Origin: Fusobacteriaceae bacterium
GTDB taxonomy: Bacteria > Fusobacteriota > Fusobacteriia > Fusobacteriales > Fusobacteriaceae
Length of the DNA: 64,000 nt
Assembly: GCA_017984315.1 (NCBI GenBank)
Contig: JAGNZR010000003.1
Span: forward strand, 7,587 to 71,586
Reading direction: 5' to 3'
Of the stretch, positions 49,507 through 60,127 are shown one piece after another (position 1 is the first letter of the stretch; the number at the start of each line of letters is the position of its first letter). The notes below the pieces were generated by a model. It worked only from the letters and a program-made list of their open reading frames with translations, did not search any database and had not been told where the DNA came from. Made by a program: the position numbers and the translations under genes.

Positions 49507-50372
49507 CATTTCAGGAAATGATATTTGCACTACAAGAGTTTTGGGGAAAACAAGGGTGTATAATAGGAAATCCTTATGATATAGAAACGGGAGCAGGGAC
49601 ATTTAACCCAAATACATTTTTGATGTCTTTAGGTCCAGAGCCTTGGAACGTAGCATATGTTGAGCCATCAAGAAGACCAAAAGATGGAAGATATGGAGAA
49701 AATCCTAACAGAGTATATCAGCACCATCAATTTCAAGTAATAATGAAACCATCTCCTCTAAATATTCAAGAGCTTTATTTAGAAAGTTTAAAAGTATTAG
49801 GAATAGACCCTAAAAAACATGATATAAGATTTGTTGAAGATGACTGGGAATCTCCAACATTAGGTGCATGGGGACTTGGATGGGAAGTTTGGTTAGATGG
49901 AATGGAAGTAACTCAATTCACTTATTTCCAACAAGTTGGAGGATTAGAACTAGAAGTTGTGCCAGCTGAATTGACTTATGGGCTTGAAAGATTAGCACTA
50001 TATATTCAAAATAAAGAGAATGTATATGATTTAGAGTGGACTAAAGGTGTTAAGTATGGAGAGATGAGATTTCAATATGAATATGAAAATTCAAAATACT
50101 CTTTTGAAATTGCAAATTTAGAAAGACACTTTAGATGGTTTGATGATTATGAGCAAGAGGCTATCTTAGCTTTAGATAACGGGTTAGTAATGCCAGGTTA
50201 TGATTATGTTTTAAAATGTTCACATGTATTTAATGTTTTGGATTCAAGAGGTGCTATTTCAACAACAGAGAGAATGTCATATATCTTAAGAGTTAGAAAC
50301 TTAGCAAAAAGATGTGCTAAAATATTTGTAGAAAATAGAAGAGCGTTAGGATATCCACTTTTAAAAAAATAA
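49503..50372 (+). CDS. glyQ: glycine--tRNA ligase alpha subunit
   Basis: [19 protein letters not shown].. and the rest of the sequence are highly conserved GlyQ. ATGA overlap with lspA. Confidence 0.95.
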   Translation: MTFQEMIFALQEFWGKQGCIIGNPYDIETGAGTFNPNTFLMSLGPEPWNVAYVEPSRRPKDGRYGENPNRVYQHHQFQVIMKPSPLNIQELYLESLKVLGIDPKKHDIRFVEDDWESPTLGAWGLGWEVWLDGMEVTQFTYFQQVGGLELEVVPAELTYGLERLALYIQNKENVYDLEWTKGVKYGEMRFQYEYENSKYSFEIANLERHFRWFDDYEQEAILALDNGLVMPGYDYVLKCSHVFNVLDSRGAISTTERMSYILRVRNLAKRCAKIFVENRRALGYPLLKK

Positions 50373-50392
50373 AATAGAGAGGTTGAGTATAG

Positions 50393-52471
50393 ATGAAGTT
50401 ACTATTTGAAATTGGTATGGAAGAGATACCAGCAAGATTTCTAGACAACTCTTTAGAAGAGTTAAAAGCAAATATGGAAAAAAAACTTAGTGAAAATAGA
50501 GTGAAATTTGAAAGTATAAAAACTTTTGGAACTCCAAGAAGATTAGTATTATATGTTGAAGGGGTTGCAGAAAAGCAAGAAGATTTAGATGTGGTTAATA
50601 TGGGGCCTGCAAAATCAGTGGCTTTTAGTGATTCTGGAGAGGTTTCAAGAGCAGGACTTGGATTTTTAAAATCTCAAGGTGTAGATGTAGATGGAATGAC
50701 TATAGTGTCTACTCCAAAAGGGGAGTATATAGCTGTAAAAAAATTCATGAAAGGTGGAGACACTGAGAGTTTATTACCAGAGATGTTAAAATCTTTAGTA
50801 TTAGAGCTTTCTTTTCCAAAATCAATGAAGTGGGCAGATAAAAATACTAGATTTGCAAGACCTTTAAAATGGTTTTTAGCATTTTTAGATAATAAAGTTT
50901 TAAACTTTGATATTGAAGGGTTAAAAAGTGGAAATATTTCAAGAGGTCATAGATTCTTTGGGGAAGAGTTTACTATTAACTCAGTAGATGAATATTTTGG
51001 TAAAGTAAGAGAAAATAATGTAATAATTGATATTCAAGAAAGAAAAGATTTAATTAAAAAATTAATTGAAGAGAATTGTGTAGAAAAAGGGGAAAGAGCA
51101 GTAATAGAAGAGGAACTTTTAAATGAAGTTGCAAATTTAGTAGAATACCCTTTCCCTTTAGTGGGTACTTTTAATTCAGACTTCTTAGAAGTACCTCAAG
51201 AAGTATTGATTATCAGTATGCAAGTGCACCAAAGATATTTCCCAATCTTAAATAACGAAGGTAAATTACAGCCTAAATTTATCGTTGTAAGAAATGGTGT
51301 AGAGGGTTCTGAATATGTAAGAAAAGGAAATGAAAAAGTTATTTCTGCAAGACTTTCAGATGCAAGATTTTTCTATAATGAAGATTTAAAAGAACCACTT
51401 TATAAAAATGTAGAAAAGCTAAAGAGTGTTGTTTATCAGAAAGATTTAGGAACTATTTATAATAAAATAGAGAGAATGCAAGAGATTGCTGAGGTAATAA
51501 TTAAGCAATGTGGTCTTGAAGATAGAAAAGAGAATATAGAGAGAACAATTCACTTATGTAAAGCTGATTTAGTATCTAACATGATTGGAGAGAAAGAGTT
51601 TACAAAGCTTCAAGGGTTTATGGGAGCTGAATATGCAATTAAATCTGGTGAAAGTTCTAAAGTAGCTTTAGGAATAAAAGAGCACTATTATCCAAGATTC
51701 CAAGGGGATATGCTGCCTACAGAATTAGAAGGAGCTATTACAGGTATATGCGATAAATTAGATACTTTAGTAGGGTGCTTTGCAGTAGGACTTATTCCAA
51801 CAGGTTCAAAAGATCCATTTGCTTTAAGAAGAGCAGCACTAGGAATTGTTAATGTAATACTTAACTCTAAATTAGAAATATCACTGCAAGAGATTATTAA
51901 ATTTACTTTGGATATTTTAGAAAAGAAATCCCTTTTAAAAAGAGAAAAAAGTCTTATTTTATCTGATTTAGAAGAGTTTATGTTAAATAGAATATTAAAT
52001 GTTTTTGCTGACTTAGGATATTCTAGAGATGTTGTTTCTGCTGTTTTAAATGCTAAACACTTAACATTGTTAGAGATGAGAGATATGGTAGAAGCTTTAG
52101 AAACATTGAAAAAAGAGCCGGTAGAGTACAATAAGCTGGTTAATGTTGTAAAAAGAATAGCAAACATCTCTAAAGACTGCAAAGAGGTAAGATTTGTAGA
52201 GGATTTACTGAAAGAGCAGGTAGAGAAAGATTTATTCTTCTTTATGGGTGAATTTGAAGATAAACTAGTGGCTTTAAACAATGAGAAAAAATATGTAGAG
52301 TATATGAAAGAGATGATTGCTGCTACACCAATAATTGAAAAATATTTTGAAGGTGTTCTTATTATGGATAAAGATGAAGTAATAAAAAACAACAGATTAT
52401 CTCAAATGAAGATATTAGATGAGATGTTCAATAAAGTTCTTAATTTAAGAGTTTTAGAGAATGTTTTATAA
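50393..52471 (+). CDS. glyS: glycine--tRNA ligase beta subunit
   Basis: MKLLFEIGMEEIPARF N-terminus. 692 aa. It immediately follows glyQ. Confidence 0.95.
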   Translation: MKLLFEIGMEEIPARFLDNSLEELKANMEKKLSENRVKFESIKTFGTPRRLVLYVEGVAEKQEDLDVVNMGPAKSVAFSDSGEVSRAGLGFLKSQGVDVDGMTIVSTPKGEYIAVKKFMKGGDTESLLPEMLKSLVLELSFPKSMKWADKNTRFARPLKWFLAFLDNKVLNFDIEGLKSGNISRGHRFFGEEFTINSVDEYFGKVRENNVIIDIQERKDLIKKLIEENCVEKGERAVIEEELLNEVANLVEYPFPLVGTFNSDFLEVPQEVLIISMQVHQRYFPILNNEGKLQPKFIVVRNGVEGSEYVRKGNEKVISARLSDARFFYNEDLKEPLYKNVEKLKSVVYQKDLGTIYNKIERMQEIAEVIIKQCGLEDRKENIERTIHLCKADLVSNMIGEKEFTKLQGFMGAEYAIKSGESSKVALGIKEHYYPRFQGDMLPTELEGAITGICDKLDTLVGCFAVGLIPTGSKDPFALRRAALGIVNVILNSKLEISLQEIIKFTLDILEKKSLLKREKSLILSDLEEFMLNRILNVFADLGYSRDVVSAVLNAKHLTLLEMRDMVEALETLKKEPVEYNKLVNVVKRIANISKDCKEVRFVEDLLKEQVEKDLFFFMGEFEDKLVALNNEKKYVEYMKEMIAATPIIEKYFEGVLIMDKDEVIKNNRLSQMKILDEMFNKVLNLRVLENVL

Positions 52472-52549
52472 TCATTACAAATAATAAAAAGAAACTGTTT
52501 ATTACAAGAAAAAAATATGATATATTAAATATAAGGTTTATTTAATTTA

Positions 52550-52584
52550 GGGGGTAGCTAATTTTGTTAGGTACCCCTTTTTTT
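52550..52584 (+). terminator. strong Rho-independent terminator abutting the kdsB RBS
   Basis: GGGGGTAGCTAA (52550-52561) pairs with TTAGGTACCCC (52567-52577) with one mismatch, followed by T7 (52578-52584). Confidence 0.8.
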
Positions 52585-52599
52585 CTAGGAGGAAAAGGG

Positions 52600-53340
52600 A
52601 TGAAATTTTTAGGAGTTATTCCAGCAAGGTATGCTTCAACAAGATTAGAAGCTAAACCATTGAAAGATATAGATGGTCACATAATGATAGAGTGGGTTTA
52701 TAAAAGGGCTAAAGAATCAAAATTAGATAAAGTTGTTGTTGCAACAGATGATATAAGGATTTATAATTCAGTTATAGAGTTTGGAGGGGAAGCAGTTCTT
52801 ACAAGAGAGGATCATCAAAATGGGACTAGCAGAATAGCAGAAGTATGCGAAAAAATAGTAGATTATGATGTTATAATAAATGTACAAGGGGATGAACCTT
52901 TAATTGAACCAGATATGATAAACTCACTTATAGATGCTTTTAATAATGAGCAAGATTTAATTATGGCAACACTGAAGCATAGATTAACTGAGATGAAAGA
53001 TATAGAAAACCCTAATGTGGTAAAAGTTGTGGCAGATAAAAATGATTACGCTATCTATTTTTCTAGAAGTATTATTCCATACCCGAGAAATTTAAACATA
53101 AATAATTATTTTAAACATGTAGGTATATATGGATATAAATCAATTTTTGTAAAAGAGTATGCTAAAATGGAGTCAACACCACTTGAAAATTCAGAATCTT
53201 TAGAGCAGCTAAGGGTATTAGAAAATGGATATAAAATAAAAGTTATTGAGACCCCTTTTGAAATAGTAGGGGTAGATACAGCAGAGGATTTAGAGAAAGT
53301 AAGAAAAATAGTGAAAGAGAGAAATATTAAGTTAAAGTAA
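52600..53340 (+). CDS. kdsB: 3-deoxy-manno-octulosonate cytidylyltransferase (CMP-KDO synthetase)
   Basis: MKFLGVIPARYASTRL.. N-terminus. NVQGDEP motif. The ATG at 52600 follows AGGAGG. The track's TTG at 52564 runs through the terminator hairpin. Confidence 0.92.
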   Translation: MKFLGVIPARYASTRLEAKPLKDIDGHIMIEWVYKRAKESKLDKVVVATDDIRIYNSVIEFGGEAVLTREDHQNGTSRIAEVCEKIVDYDVIINVQGDEPLIEPDMINSLIDAFNNEQDLIMATLKHRLTEMKDIENPNVVKVVADKNDYAIYFSRSIIPYPRNLNINNYFKHVGIYGYKSIFVKEYAKMESTPLENSESLEQLRVLENGYKIKVIETPFEIVGVDTAEDLEKVRKIVKERNIKLK

Positions 53341-53365
53341 CACAAAATAAGGGAGTTGAATAGCA

Positions 53366-54859
53366 ATGATTAAATATTTGACAAAAATATGCTTCATTAT
53401 ACTTTTATTAATAAATTTATCTTGTACAAACTCTCTATTTAGAAATAATGCACCAAAAAAAGTTGTAAATAGTTATTATGGTGAAAATGGAATGCCAAAT
53501 TTAAATTATAATTTAGCTTCTAACCCAGAATATTTTCAATTCGTAAATGATACAAAGACTACTCCATTAAGTGGTAAGAATAGTAAAGATTACCTAGCAT
53601 TTTATAAAAATAAAAATATAAAAGGGTATGGTTCTAGTTCTAATTATTGGAGATGGGAAGTTAGCTATACATCAGCTCAAATTAATTCAGTCATAAATAA
53701 AAATTTATATGATTTAGGAGAGAATAGAGGAAAAAATGTGTATACACTAAAAAATGGAAAATGGATTGCAGGAAGAGTTTCTGTTAACCCAGTAGGAACG
53801 GTAAAAAATATAAAAGTAGTAAAAAGAGGTCGTTCTGGGGTTGTTATGGATATTTTAGTGGAGGGAAGCAAAGGCAAATTTGTAGTAACAAAAGAGAATA
53901 ATGTAAGAAAGCTTTTAAGTTTTTCCCCATCCTCTTTAAATGGTACTGGAAGTGTTAAACTTATAGGTAAAAATGGAAAAGCATTGTCAGGTGGTACCAC
54001 ACTTTTCCCCTCTGCATTTTTTTCAGTTGAAAAAAGAAGCTCAGGTTTTAAAATATATGGTGGTGGATTTGGCCATGGTGTAGGGATGCCTCAATGGTCT
54101 GTAAAAGATCTAACAAGTGCAGGATACGATTATGATGAGATTTTAGAGAGATATTATCCAAATACTAGGCTCTCTAAAGCCAGTTCAGTAGATGGATTTA
54201 GAGGGGATTTAAGAGTTGGAATTACAAGAAACTCTAGACCGGAACATCAAAACATAACAATCTCTTCATGTGGAAAAATTAAATTAAAATCAGGTTGGGG
54301 AAGCACATCAGTATCTAAAAATACAAAAATATTATTTGAAATTTGTAACGGAGAAGTAATAGCTAAAGCTAATGGAAAAGTCTTAATGAAATCAAAAGAA
54401 AAAATAGAAGTTACCTCTTCTGAAATGGTAAGTGTAAACTCTATTGTAAGAGCTTTAAAGACAAGAATACCTAGTTATAGAGGTAAGTTTGAAGTAACTC
54501 CTTATGGTAAAACTTCACTTCTTTTAATAAATGTTATAGATTTAGAAGAGTATCTGCTCCAAGTTGTTGGAAGTGAGATGCCTTTAAGTTTTGGTTTAGA
54601 AGCATTAAAAGTGCAAGCTGTAGCTGCAAGAACTTACGCAGTAAATGGTGTTTTAGAGAAAAAATATAAAAAATATAATTTTGATTTAGTAGATACAGTT
54701 GCCAGTCAGGTATATAACAATTTAGATGAGTCTGAAGTTGTAAATAAAGCGGTAAAAGCAACAAAAGGAAGAGTATTAACCTATGAAGGGAAAATAATCC
54801 CAACTTTCTTTTATTCAACATCAGCAGGATACTCAGCAACTCCACAAGAGATATGGTAA
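53366..54859 (+). CDS. SpoIID/LytB-domain lipoprotein (amidase-enhancer-like)
   Basis: Lipobox LINLSC. C-terminal SpoIID block ALKVQAVAARTYA..VASQVYN..ATKGRVLTYEGKIIPTFFYSTSAGYS. Confidence 0.8.
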   Translation: MIKYLTKICFIILLLINLSCTNSLFRNNAPKKVVNSYYGENGMPNLNYNLASNPEYFQFVNDTKTTPLSGKNSKDYLAFYKNKNIKGYGSSSNYWRWEVSYTSAQINSVINKNLYDLGENRGKNVYTLKNGKWIAGRVSVNPVGTVKNIKVVKRGRSGVVMDILVEGSKGKFVVTKENNVRKLLSFSPSSLNGTGSVKLIGKNGKALSGGTTLFPSAFFSVEKRSSGFKIYGGGFGHGVGMPQWSVKDLTSAGYDYDEILERYYPNTRLSKASSVDGFRGDLRVGITRNSRPEHQNITISSCGKIKLKSGWGSTSVSKNTKILFEICNGEVIAKANGKVLMKSKEKIEVTSSEMVSVNSIVRALKTRIPSYRGKFEVTPYGKTSLLLINVIDLEEYLLQVVGSEMPLSFGLEALKVQAVAARTYAVNGVLEKKYKKYNFDLVDTVASQVYNNLDESEVVNKAVKATKGRVLTYEGKIIPTFFYSTSAGYSATPQEIW

Positions 54860-54878
54860 TTCCTAAAGAGAGGTAATT

Positions 54879-57713
54879 ATGTTAGATAAAATAGTAATAA
54901 AAGGTGCAAGACAGCATAATCTAAAAAATATAAATATAGAGATACCTAAAAATGAATTTGTTGTAATAACTGGTGTGAGTGGAAGCGGAAAATCTTCACT
55001 TGCTTTTGATACAATTTATTCAGAGGGGCAAAGAAGATATGTGGAATCACTTTCTGCATATGCAAGGCAATTTATTGGACAAATGAATAAACCAGATGTA
55101 GATAGTATAGAAGGTTTAGCTCCTGCAATATCAATAGAACAAAAAACGACTAATAAAAATCCACGTTCAACAGTGGGAACCATTACAGAGGTCTATGATT
55201 ACATGAGGCTTTTATTTGCACATGTTGGAATAGCACACTGTCCTATATGTGGAACTGTTGTATCTAAGCAGTCTGTGGATGAGATAATAGGAAATGTTAT
55301 AGATAAATTTGAATCTGGTGGAAAGCTTATTGTGCTCTCCCCTTTAGTAAAAGGGAAAAAAGGTACTCATAAAAATCTGTTTTTGAATTTACTGAAAAAA
55401 GGTTATGTGAGAGCTAGGGTTAATGGAGAGATACTTTATTTAGAAGATGAGATAGAGCTTGATAAAAATAAAAAACATGATATAGAAGTTGTGATAGACA
55501 GACTTATAATCAAAAAAGATGAAGAAGATTTTGTAAGTAGATTGACACAAAGTGTTGAAAATGGAGTGGAGATTTCAGAAGGTAAAATAATATTAAATGT
55601 CGATGGAGAGGATCATCTTTATAGTGAGAATTTTAGTTGCCCTTATCATGAAGAGGTAAATATTCCAGAGTTATCCCCTAGACTCTTCTCTTTTAATGCT
55701 CCTTATGGAGCTTGTCCACAATGTAAAGGGATAGGGAAAAATCTAGAGATTGATGAAAACAGATTAATATTGGATGAGAATCTTTCATTGAACGATGGAG
55801 CTATCTATGTACCTGGAGCATCAGCAAGAAACACTTATTCCTGGGAGATTTTTACTGCTATGTGTAAAGGGTTTAATATAGATTTAGATACCCCTTTTAA
55901 TCAGTTATCACAAGAGAGCAAAGAGATTATTTTTAAAGGGACTAAAGGCAAAAAATTTAGAGTTGATTATGATGGTGATGCTTTTAGTTTTCATGGTGAA
56001 AAAGAGTATGAAGGGATAATACATAATTTAGAAAGAAGGTATAAAGAGACTTTTTCAGAAGCGATGCGTGAAGATATTGAAAATAAATATATGATTGAAA
56101 AAATTTGTACCCTTTGTCATGGAAAAAGATTAAAAAGTGAAGTATTAGCTGTTACAGTTGGAGATAAAAATATTGCAGAGATTTGCGATATGAGCATAAA
56201 AAACTCTTTGGAATTTTTTGAGACTATAACTCTTACAGAAAAAGAGAAAAAGATTGCCAGCGAAATTTTAAAAGAGATAAAAGAGAGATTAAATTTCATG
56301 ATGAATGTTGGACTGGATTATTTGACATTATCAAGGGAGACTAAAACTTTATCTGGTGGTGAGTCTCAAAGAATAAGGCTTGCAACACAAATAGGTTCTG
56401 GTTTAACAGGAGTTTTATATGTTTTGGATGAGCCAAGTATAGGGCTGCATCAAAGGGATAATGATAAACTTTTAGTTACATTGAATAAATTAAAAGCATT
56501 AGGAAATACTTTGATAGTGGTAGAACATGATGAAGATACTATGCTGCAATCAGATTATATAATAGATATTGGACCTAAAGCGGGTACAGATGGTGGTTAT
56601 ATCATTTTTGCGGGAAAACCAGCTGATCTTTTAAAATGTGAAAAATCAATCACAGGAAAATATCTAAACAAGGAGCTCAGTATACCTGTTCCTGAAAAGA
56701 GAAGAGAGTTTTCAGAAGTAATTACTTTAAAAGGCGCTAAAGGGAATAACCTTAAAAATATAGATGTAGAGATACCTAAAGGGGTTATGACTGTAGTTAC
56801 TGGTGTAAGTGGAAGTGGAAAATCCACTTTAATAAATCAGACGCTGTTTCCAATTCTTTTTAATAAGTTGAATAAAGGGAAACTTTATCCACTGGAATAT
56901 TCAGAGATTTCTGGAATAGAGAATTTAGATAAAGTTGTGGATATAGATCAATCCCCAATAGGGAAAACACCAAGATCAAATCCAGCTACTTATACAAAAA
57001 TATTTGATGATATAAGGGATATTTTTGCTGAAAGCAAAGAGGCAAAAATAAGAGGATACAATAAAGGTCGTTTTTCATTTAATATTAAAGGTGGAAGATG
57101 TGAAGCATGCCAAGGTGCTGGTATTATAAAAATAGAGATGAATTTTTTACCAGATGTTTATGTAGAGTGTGAAGTATGTAAAGGAAAAAGGTATAATAAA
57201 GAGACTTTAGATGTTCACTATAAAGGTAAAAATATCTCAGATGTTTTAGATATGACAGTTCAAGAAGGGTATGAGTTTTTTGAAAATATACCTCAACTAG
57301 AAAGAAAGTTGAAAATTTTAATAGATGTAGGTTTGGATTATATAAAATTAGGGCAGCCATCTACTACATTATCTGGTGGAGAGGCTCAAAGAATAAAATT
57401 AGCTACAGAACTTTCTAAAACAAATCAAGGTAGAAATATTTATATATTAGATGAACCTACAACAGGGTTACATTTTGAAGATATCAACAAACTTTTAGGA
57501 GTTTTAAACAGATTAGTTCAAAGGGGTAATACTGTTGTAGTGATTGAACATAATTTAGATGTAATCAAATCAGCTGATTATATAATAGATATTGGACCTG
57601 AAGGTGGAGAGAAAGGTGGAACAGTAGTTGTAAAAGGAACTCCAGAAGAAGTAGCAAATTCAAAGAAGGGGTATACAGCAGAATATATAAAAAATAAAAT
57701 AGCCAGCTGTTAA
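54879..57713 (+). CDS. uvrA: excinuclease ABC subunit A
   Basis: Two ABC modules (GVSGSGKSS and GVSGSGKST; LSGGESQRIRLA and LSGGEAQRIKLA). Zinc modules CPICG..CPQC and CEACQG..CEVCKG. Confidence 0.96.
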   Translation: MLDKIVIKGARQHNLKNINIEIPKNEFVVITGVSGSGKSSLAFDTIYSEGQRRYVESLSAYARQFIGQMNKPDVDSIEGLAPAISIEQKTTNKNPRSTVGTITEVYDYMRLLFAHVGIAHCPICGTVVSKQSVDEIIGNVIDKFESGGKLIVLSPLVKGKKGTHKNLFLNLLKKGYVRARVNGEILYLEDEIELDKNKKHDIEVVIDRLIIKKDEEDFVSRLTQSVENGVEISEGKIILNVDGEDHLYSENFSCPYHEEVNIPELSPRLFSFNAPYGACPQCKGIGKNLEIDENRLILDENLSLNDGAIYVPGASARNTYSWEIFTAMCKGFNIDLDTPFNQLSQESKEIIFKGTKGKKFRVDYDGDAFSFHGEKEYEGIIHNLERRYKETFSEAMREDIENKYMIEKICTLCHGKRLKSEVLAVTVGDKNIAEICDMSIKNSLEFFETITLTEKEKKIASEILKEIKERLNFMMNVGLDYLTLSRETKTLSGGESQRIRLATQIGSGLTGVLYVLDEPSIGLHQRDNDKLLVTLNKLKALGNTLIVVEHDEDTMLQSDYIIDIGPKAGTDGGYIIFAGKPADLLKCEKSITGKYLNKELSIPVPEKRREFSEVITLKGAKGNNLKNIDVEIPKGVMTVVTGVSGSGKSTLINQTLFPILFNKLNKGKLYPLEYSEISGIENLDKVVDIDQSPIGKTPRSNPATYTKIFDDIRDIFAESKEAKIRGYNKGRFSFNIKGGRCEACQGAGIIKIEMNFLPDVYVECEVCKGKRYNKETLDVHYKGKNISDVLDMTVQEGYEFFENIPQLERKLKILIDVGLDYIKLGQPSTTLSGGEAQRIKLATELSKTNQGRNIYILDEPTTGLHFEDINKLLGVLNRLVQRGNTVVVIEHNLDVIKSADYIIDIGPEGGEKGGTVVVKGTPEEVANSKKGYTAEYIKNKIASC

Positions 57714-57728
57714 CAGCTGGCTATTTTA
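57702..57728. terminator. terminator hairpin overlapping the uvrA stop codon
   Basis: GCCAGCTGT (57702-57710) pairs with ACAGCTGGC (57713-57721). TATTTT follows on the plus strand, and T-rich sequence also follows on the minus strand. Confidence 0.7.
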
Positions 57729-57869
57729 CATATTACAAATTTATAAAATCTCTGGGGGGAGAAGTTATCTAAAACAATAACACAATCTTGGGGAGAAAAT
57801 AATTATTATTTTTTATTACAACATTTTGACGCAAATGTTATAATAAAAGTTTAAAAAAATTTAAAATTT

Positions 57870-60125
57870 TTACTGCTGTTTTTTTATTAAATACATTAAA
57901 ATTTCTTCACTTCTCACAGGGAGCTCTCTAATCCTTAATCCTATTGCCCTATCGATTGCATCTGTTATAGCTGGGGCTGGAGTATTAATTACAACCTCTC
58001 CCACAGATTTTGCTCCATATGGCCCAGTTTTTTCATAAGAATCATTAAATAAAACTTTAATAGAAGTACCTATATCTTTTCTAGCTGGAATATTATATTG
58101 CATAAAGTCATCATTTATAACTTTTCCATTCTTTTGATAAAGAATCTCTTCATATAAAGCTAGTCCGATACCTTGTGCGATACCCCCTTCAACTTGAACT
58201 TTTGCAAGATTCGGATTAATAAGAGTTCCGCAATCAACTACAGATAAAAAATCTATTACTTTTACCTCACCTGTAACTTTATCTATTTCTACTTCTGCAA
58301 AACTTGCTATAAATGGTGGTGGAGAAGTAGGACTGCCAAAAGTTGCAGTTGTTGTAATTTGATTTTGCCTTTCAAAAGAAATAGATTTACTGCTCAGCTC
58401 ATCTAAAGTTAGTGTTTTTCCACAAGAAGATATTACACCACCTTTATTATATTGAAGAGCTTCTTCTTTCAATTTTAATTGATAGCTACCCTCTTTTAAA
58501 ATTTCCTCTTTCATTTTTTCACAAGCAAGAATTACAGCATTTCCAGTTACATAAGTTCCGCTAGAAGCATATGCTCCAGGGTCATAAGGAGATAAATCTG
58601 TATCGGCAGATTTTATAATAATTTTTTCAATTGGAACATCTAATACTTCCGCTGCTATTTGACTCAAAACTGTATCAGAACCTTGTCCCATATCTGTTGC
58701 ACCAACATTTAATGTAAAGAAACCTACTTCATTCAATTTAATAGAAGCTGCTGCTGTATCTACACCAGCTATTCCTGAACCTTGCATAGTAACTGCCATT
58801 CCTGCTGCTCTTATTTTTCCATTAGGTAAATCTCTTGAAATTTTTCTCTCTTGCCAATTAAACTCTTTTTTCCCAATCTCTACACATTTTTTTATATCTC
58901 CACTAAATATCCCATCATTTATATCTACTAGATTTTTCATTTTTATTTCAATAGAATCTTTTTCGATTTCTTTTGCAAGTTCTGAGATAACAGATTCTAC
59001 AGCAAAACACCCTTGTGTTGCACCATAACCTCTAAATGCACCACCTTGCATCGTGTTGCTATAGACAACATCACATTCATATCTCATAGGGACTTTACTA
59101 TATAAGGGAAAAGTTTTAAAAGCAACGAGGCCTGGTACTGTTGGAGAATGAGTTCCGTAAGCTCCTGTGTTGGCTATCCCTTTAATATCTATTCCTTTAA
59201 TATTTCCATCTCTATCTGCACCTATTTTTACTGTTAAAGTCATTGCATGACGTGTAGTTGTAGAAATTAAAGATTCTTTTCTTGTAAATGTGCATTTAGA
59301 AGGTTTCCCTGTTTTTAAAGTTACAAAAGCTGGATACATCTCTATAGACATCGTCTGTTTTGCACCAAACCCTCCACCTATTCTTGGTTTGATTACTCTT
59401 ATTTTTGAAGCTGGAATTTCAAGTGCTCTTGCTAAATGTCTTCTTACATGAAAAGGAATTTGTGTTGAGCTAAACACAACAAGTCTATCATTTTCATCCA
59501 TATAGCATTGTGCTCGTTGTGTTTCCATCATAGCATGCATTTGTGGCTGAGTTCTATACACTCTTTCAAGTACAACTTCACTTTGATTTAGCCCTTCATC
59601 CACTCCATTTTTTTCAAGAAATATTTTTGAAGCTAAATTCCTTTTATTGTCATACCCTATATCATAATTGCATTTTGCAACTTCCTCGTGAATTAAAATT
59701 TCATTATCAAGTGACTTTTCATAATCAAGTATTGGAGTTAAAACTTTATATTGAACTTCTATTAGTTTCATAGCTTTTAAAGCTGTTTTTTCGTCAACTG
59801 CTGCTATAATTGCAACGGCATCTCCAACATAACGAACGTATTCATTTAAAATTTTTGTATCATATGGTGAAGGTTCTGGATAGCTTTGTCCTGCCTGAGT
59901 AAAATAGACATCAGGAACATCTTCGTGTGTATATATCCCTTCTACCCCATGGACTGCCATAGCTTTTTCTTTATTTACCTTTAATACTTTTGCATATGGA
60001 TGAGGGGATCTTAATATTTTTAGTATTAAAGGGTTATTTAAAATAATATCATCTGTATAAAGTGCTTTTCCTAATGTTAACATTTTACTATCGACTTTTC
60101 TTAGAGGGGTATTGACAATTTTCAC
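57870..60125 (-). CDS. xanthine dehydrogenase family molybdopterin-binding subunit
   Basis: The GTG at 60125 lies 10 nt after GGAGG and 2 nt after the 2Fe-2S subunit stop. The track's longer N-terminus overlaps that gene. Motifs RIGGGFGAKQ and C-terminal GAKSVGEVV are typical of the aldehyde oxidase/XDH family. Confidence 0.88.
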   Translation of the reverse strand: MKIVNTPLRKVDSKMLTLGKALYTDDIILNNPLILKILRSPHPYAKVLKVNKEKAMAVHGVEGIYTHEDVPDVYFTQAGQSYPEPSPYDTKILNEYVRYVGDAVAIIAAVDEKTALKAMKLIEVQYKVLTPILDYEKSLDNEILIHEEVAKCNYDIGYDNKRNLASKIFLEKNGVDEGLNQSEVVLERVYRTQPQMHAMMETQRAQCYMDENDRLVVFSSTQIPFHVRRHLARALEIPASKIRVIKPRIGGGFGAKQTMSIEMYPAFVTLKTGKPSKCTFTRKESLISTTTRHAMTLTVKIGADRDGNIKGIDIKGIANTGAYGTHSPTVPGLVAFKTFPLYSKVPMRYECDVVYSNTMQGGAFRGYGATQGCFAVESVISELAKEIEKDSIEIKMKNLVDINDGIFSGDIKKCVEIGKKEFNWQERKISRDLPNGKIRAAGMAVTMQGSGIAGVDTAAASIKLNEVGFFTLNVGATDMGQGSDTVLSQIAAEVLDVPIEKIIIKSADTDLSPYDPGAYASSGTYVTGNAVILACEKMKEEILKEGSYQLKLKEEALQYNKGGVISSCGKTLTLDELSSKSISFERQNQITTTATFGSPTSPPPFIASFAEVEIDKVTGEVKVIDFLSVVDCGTLINPNLAKVQVEGGIAQGIGLALYEEILYQKNGKVINDDFMQYNIPARKDIGTSIKVLFNDSYEKTGPYGAKSVGEVVINTPAPAITDAIDRAIGLRIRELPVRSEEILMYLIKKQQ

Positions 60126-60127
60126 TT

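Noticed and set aside
51688-52392. 234-aa ORF antisense to glyS
   Set aside because: It lies entirely inside the strongly supported glyS gene on the other strand. Its translation is low-complexity (Ser/Ile/Phe/Lys-rich). It has no RBS and no recognisable motifs. This is the typical shadow ORF of an AT-rich coding region.
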